A stretch of 20,756 nt of DNA from Promethearchaeota archaeon Loki_b31 (GTDB lineage: Archaea; Asgardarchaeota; Lokiarchaeia; Sigyniarchaeales; SOKP01): contig NJBI01000056.1 in NCBI GenBank assembly GCA_005222975.1, forward strand, positions 1 to 20,756. The letters run 5' to 3'. The notes below the pieces were generated by a model. That model was not told where the DNA came from and did no database searches. It worked only from the letters and a program-made list of their open reading frames with translations. Positions 17,598 through 20,756 of the stretch are shown here, one piece after another; the first letter of the stretch is position 1; every line of letters begins with the position of its first letter. The translations under genes and the position numbers were made by a program.

Positions 17598-18041
17598 TAT
17601 CCGGCTATAATCGATACCTTACCGGGACTATTTGGTGACAGCAATGGTTGGATCGACATGAGTTTAGATTTAACACCCTATGTAGTTCAATTCGTTGATG
17701 TTTGCTTTAGATACATGACAGATTGGGGATACGAAGATCCAGGCTGGTGGATTGACGATATTGTTCTTAACGGAGTAATTTTTGATAACGCTGATGATTT
17801 AATTTTGTTTATTTTTCCACCTGATCCTCTAACAGAGTTTATTGTGACTGCATTAGGTGTAGAAATGATCGAAGATAATCTGATTTATAATATCGATAGA
17901 TGTACAACATTTATACTAGAGGGTAACAATGAAATGATCGAGCCTTTAAATTCCTACATAACTATCGACGGATATGTCTTGGTAATAATAAGTCCTCTTG
18001 TAGGTCCTGCTGATTACCAATTTGAAGTAAAGAGAGGATAA
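17598..18041 (+). pseudogene. 5'-truncated remnant of an immune-inhibitor-A (M6)-like peptidase C-terminal beta-sandwich region
   Basis: Similarity continues in frame upstream of the annotated Met at 17658 (YPAIIDTLPGLFGDSNGWID-MSLDLTPY...VCFRYMTDWGYEDPGWWIDDI) back to tandem TAA stops at 17592-17597. This resembles the G.S.GW....DLS.Y...FRY.TD....PGW..DDI pattern. No catalytic HExxH or signal peptide is present. Confidence 0.65.
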
Positions 18042-18051
18042 AATGAACTTA

Positions 18052-18081
18052 ACTTTTTTTTTATTTTTAATATTTTTTTTT
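18052..18081 (+). terminator. Oligo-T archaeal terminator
   Basis: Three T-runs immediately after the stop codon at 18041. Confidence 0.5.
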
Positions 18082-18228
18082 AAGTCTTTATTTAATAGGA
18101 TTTTTTCTAAAAATATCGTTCCTAATTAAATGATTATTCAAAAATATTCATATTTTAAAGAGCTTTGCTTTAAATATGTTAAATAATTTAATTAAAATAA
18201 GATATAAAAAATAAATATGTGATTTTAT

Positions 18229-18456
18229 ATGGATAAAGAAAAAGTAAAAGAAGTGCTAGAAAAAATTAGGCCTCAATTACAAATGGACGGCGGAGATGTA
18301 GAACTCGTTGAAATTACCGACGATGGAATCGTTAAAGTACGATTATTAGGTCATTGTGCGGGCTGTATGCATGCCCAACAGACCCTAACATTTGGCGTTG
18401 AGCGTGCGATTAAACAATTTGTTCCAGAAGTTGTTAGAGTCGAAAATGTTGCATAA
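18229..18456 (+). CDS. NifU C-terminal domain / Nfu-type Fe-S carrier
   Basis: IRPQLQMDGGDVELV...VKVRLLGHCAGC...TLTFGVERAI, with the CxxC motif intact. Confidence 0.95.
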   Translation: MDKEKVKEVLEKIRPQLQMDGGDVELVEITDDGIVKVRLLGHCAGCMHAQQTLTFGVERAIKQFVPEVVRVENVA

Positions 18457-18492
18457 AGCAATCTGGAGCTGCTTTTTTTTTTAATTTTTTTT
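18455..18492 (+). terminator. Hairpin plus oligo-T terminator after the Nfu gene
   Basis: aaagca-atctggagc-tgcttt stem-loop running into a T10 tract, then a T8 tract. Confidence 0.55.
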
Positions 18493-18549
18493 AATTGTAT
18501 AAGAGTAAGAGCTTGAAATTTATAAAAATTAAACCTTTTGATTAGTAAA

Positions 18550-18927
18550 ATGAATAATAGTGAATTTATTAAAAAAATTCAAGAAGTTCAATTACTCATG
18601 AAGGATGAAAAGTACCAAGAAGCGTTAATTATCTTAGACAAATTGAAAGAAATTGAAAAAGCGGGAAATTTTGATTATAGCCTTACTCATAAGTTGTATC
18701 AATTAATTTCTAATTCCCATTCGCTTTACAATCAACAAATATTATTAAAAGTTATCCAAAAAGAATCTTCGCAACAAGAGTCAATCTCTTTTACGGAACT
18801 AAAGGAATTTTTAAAGGAATGTGAAAATATAGACATTGACGAACCAATTTTAAGAAGAGAAGTTGAAATTCTTATCCTTCGATCGTTGTTACGTTGTAAA
18901 ATCGAAGGAGACGAGTTAGTTTTCTAA
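18550..18927 (+). CDS. Hypothetical protein with helical hairpin and PCI/winged-helix-like C-terminus
   Basis: N-terminal TPR-like KYQEALIILDKLKEI; C-terminal ISFTELKEFL...REVEILILRSLLRCKIEGDELVF resembles the PCI winged helix. The ATG at 18550 is preferred to the TTG at 18538. Confidence 0.7.
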   Translation: MNNSEFIKKIQEVQLLMKDEKYQEALIILDKLKEIEKAGNFDYSLTHKLYQLISNSHSLYNQQILLKVIQKESSQQESISFTELKEFLKECENIDIDEPILRREVEILILRSLLRCKIEGDELVF

Positions 18928-19032
18928 TTTCTCTACATTTGACAAAAAAACTTTATTTTTCCTTGTTTTAAAAAACTCGGCTTTTTTAAACTTATTTTTA
19001 GTGTTACTTAGAAACGAGAAATAGTATTTAAG

Positions 19033-19626
19033 ATGATAATAGATCAATTAACTCGAAGTATTCAGTTGAAAATTTGCTATTTTGGTCCTGCACTTTCAGG
19101 GAAAACCACTACTATTAAAGCATTATTTAACCATTTTGGTAAGAAAGATCGAGTCTTAAGCATAGACAGCAGTATTCGTAGAACGCTGTTCTTTGATTAT
19201 GGCACTATTGATTTTGAAAACCAGCAATGGCACCTAAAAATCCATCTTTATTCTACAACTGGGCAGGACTTTTACATAATTACCAGACCAATTACTTTAC
19301 AAGGTATAGATGGAATTATTTTCGTAGCAGATTCACAGCAAAGCGTTTACCACCGAAATTTAACATCATGGAACGAATTATGTGGTTATTTCGAAGATGT
19401 AATTATTACGCTTCCTAAAGTTATAGCATTTAACAAGCAAGATTTGCCAGATAAATTTAGCCCTCATGAGTTTTTAGAAAACATTAATTATTTTAGATTT
19501 AAAAACATCGATTTCAAAAAGACAATAGCAGTTAACGGGGAGGGTATATTAGATTGTTTTGAAGAGATTTTAAGCCTTGTTTTTAAGAATTTGTGTAAAA
19601 ATCAAATAGTTTCGATGTTACATTGA
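19033..19626 (+). CDS. MglA-like small GTPase (Ras superfamily)
   Basis: IQLKICYFGPALSGKTT (G1), RTLFFDY (MglA G2 with intrinsic Arg), HLYSTTGQDFY (G3 lacking the canonical Asp, as in MglA TVPGQ), GIDGIIFVADSQ, NKQDL (G4) and TIAVNGEGI (G5). Confidence 0.92.
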   Translation: MIIDQLTRSIQLKICYFGPALSGKTTTIKALFNHFGKKDRVLSIDSSIRRTLFFDYGTIDFENQQWHLKIHLYSTTGQDFYIITRPITLQGIDGIIFVADSQQSVYHRNLTSWNELCGYFEDVIITLPKVIAFNKQDLPDKFSPHEFLENINYFRFKNIDFKKTIAVNGEGILDCFEEILSLVFKNLCKNQIVSMLH

Positions 19627-19679
19627 AAAAGTAAAAATTATTTATAGAATTTCTATTTTTTTAATCCTTAAAGAATAAC

Positions 19680-20189
19680 TTATGTGTCTAATTGGGTTCC
19701 ACAGAAAACACAAAAAGTACCTTTTTTGCTGTTTATTTCACCACAAGCGGCACAAAATACATTTGATAAATTCGCAATTTGATGTAGTGGAATTTCTTGG
19801 ATTTTATCAAGATTAGCTAAGAAATTATAGTCGATTTCTTTAACTAATTTCATAGGGGTGATGCCCATTTCATAAGCCCATTTTTTCATCATGTCTTTTG
19901 GTACTTTTGATGGTATACCCTTACCGAAATTTGAATATTTAACAGAAACGCTGACATATGTAGTGTAATCAGAAGGGTTATAACCAAAAGTCATTTCGTA
20001 CATTTCACCCATAGATGTACCATAAATATGCGTTGAAAGAGCATGGCGTATTCTAAGCTTACGATATAAATTATTTGTAGAAATGTATTGATCTATAATT
20101 TTACACTTATGATTCTCAAAAAATACTAATGTTCTATTCCAAACATCTTCTAAATTTATATTAATTGCGTAATATCCATATCTTTTCAT
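19680..20189 (-). CDS. Hypothetical protein with C-terminal zinc ribbon (DZR-type)
   Basis: C-terminal FCAACGEINSKKGTFCVFCGTQL; the N-terminal alpha/beta region is not recognised. Confidence 0.8.
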   Translation of the reverse strand: MKRYGYYAININLEDVWNRTLVFFENHKCKIIDQYISTNNLYRKLRIRHALSTHIYGTSMGEMYEMTFGYNPSDYTTYVSVSVKYSNFGKGIPSKVPKDMMKKWAYEMGITPMKLVKEIDYNFLANLDKIQEIPLHQIANLSNVFCAACGEINSKKGTFCVFCGTQLDT

Positions 20190-20551
20190 AATTTGTTATA
20201 CTTCTCTCTTATTCTAAACTTTCTTATAATTCATTTATTAATATTTTACATTAAAAATATATATTAGAATATATAGGAGTCCAATTTTTTGTTCATGGTC
20301 TTTATATTTAAAGTGTTGTATTTTTGATACTTTATTTATAGTTTTATATTTTTCATATATAATTTTTTTTTCATATTCATATTCGAATTTGATAGACTGG
20401 GTATCTCATTATTTAATAAAACAAAGCAAAATATTAAAAATGAAAGATTCTTCTTTTTTCTTCAAATTAAAAGGGAGTTCAAAATACACAAAATTCTATA
20501 ATTGTATAATTTCGAAGTGAGGCTATAATATTAGAATAGGTTAAGAATAAA

Positions 20552-20756
20552 ATGCTAAGAAAGAAAACTAAAAAAGCTTTTATTATTTTACTTTCTGTTG
20601 TTCTTTCAATCTCCATTATTCTTATTATTAACAATTTTATAATATTTAGTCGAATTTATTATAGAGTATATTATGAAGTAAATCTCCCAAATTCTGATGA
20701 AATAATAGAAAAAGCTGAAAACTTTGATTATCTAAAGTACCTTAAAATGCATGACC
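20552..20756 (+). CDS. Membrane-anchored or secreted protein, N-terminal part (runs off the window)
   Basis: Not in the ORF track. The ATG at 20552 opens MLRKKTKKAFIILLSVVLSISIILIINNFIIFSRIYYRVYYEVNLPNSDEIIEKAENFDYLKYLKMHD with no stop to the window end: a basic N-region followed by a hydrophobic helix. Confidence 0.75.
   Translation, partial: MLRKKTKKAFIILLSVVLSISIILIINNFIIFSRIYYRVYYEVNLPNSDEIIEKAENFDYLKYLKMHD

Noticed and set aside
19227-19418. 63-aa alternative-frame ORF
   Set aside because: Lies inside the MglA-like gene and has no motif.
19624-19660. Selenocysteine readthrough at TGA stops (GTPase at 19624; Pr6Pr gene at 7253)
   Set aside because: Both TGAs fall at the natural ends of their domains, are followed quickly by further stops, do not align with a catalytic Cys, and I saw no SECIS-like hairpin.
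20190-20551. 362-bp AT-rich intergenic region as a possible ncRNA, origin or repeat array
   Set aside because: No GC-rich stem, no regular repeats and no ORB-like G-string seen; it is adequately explained as a divergent promoter region.
1-20756. CRISPR array, tRNA or rRNA genes
   Set aside because: All intergenic regions are short and AT-rich; I found no repeat-spacer periodicity, cloverleaf or rRNA-like segment by eye.

Overview
Very AT-rich archaeal DNA, most likely from an Asgard archaeon of the Lokiarchaeia/Promethearchaeota. That assignment is an inference from the archaeal uL16/L10e, an archaeal-type DnaK, an MglA-like small GTPase, a PCI-like small protein and U-rich terminators. In order, the window holds: the 3' end of an ISL3-like transposase; an NTPase; dnaJ and dnaK with a divergently transcribed grpE; pirin; a small Zn-ribbon protein; a Pr6Pr/FAR-17a-like membrane protein; a split B12-dependent acyl-CoA mutase operon with meaB; a GNAT; an MSMEG_0568/NitD-like radical SAM enzyme; rpl10e; a Gfo/Idh/MocA oxidoreductase; an ADP-forming acyl-CoA synthetase alpha-like gene; a membrane Zn-finger protein; an M6-peptidase remnant; a NifU-C/Nfu protein; a mini PCI-like protein; an MglA-like GTPase; a double-Zn-ribbon protein; and a truncated membrane-anchored ORF. 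I saw no CRISPR array, tRNA or rRNA, and no single large novel system is proven by the sequence. The best leads are four: (1) the mutase has isobutyryl-CoA-mutase specificity residues plus an unusual SLHT motif; (2) the acyl-CoA synthetase homolog has lost its phospho-His loop; (3) an Hsp70-lid-like fragment lies between dnaK and grpE; (4) a PCI-like gene sits where mglB would be expected next to the MglA-like GTPase. All family calls come from motif recognition by eye; no searches were run.
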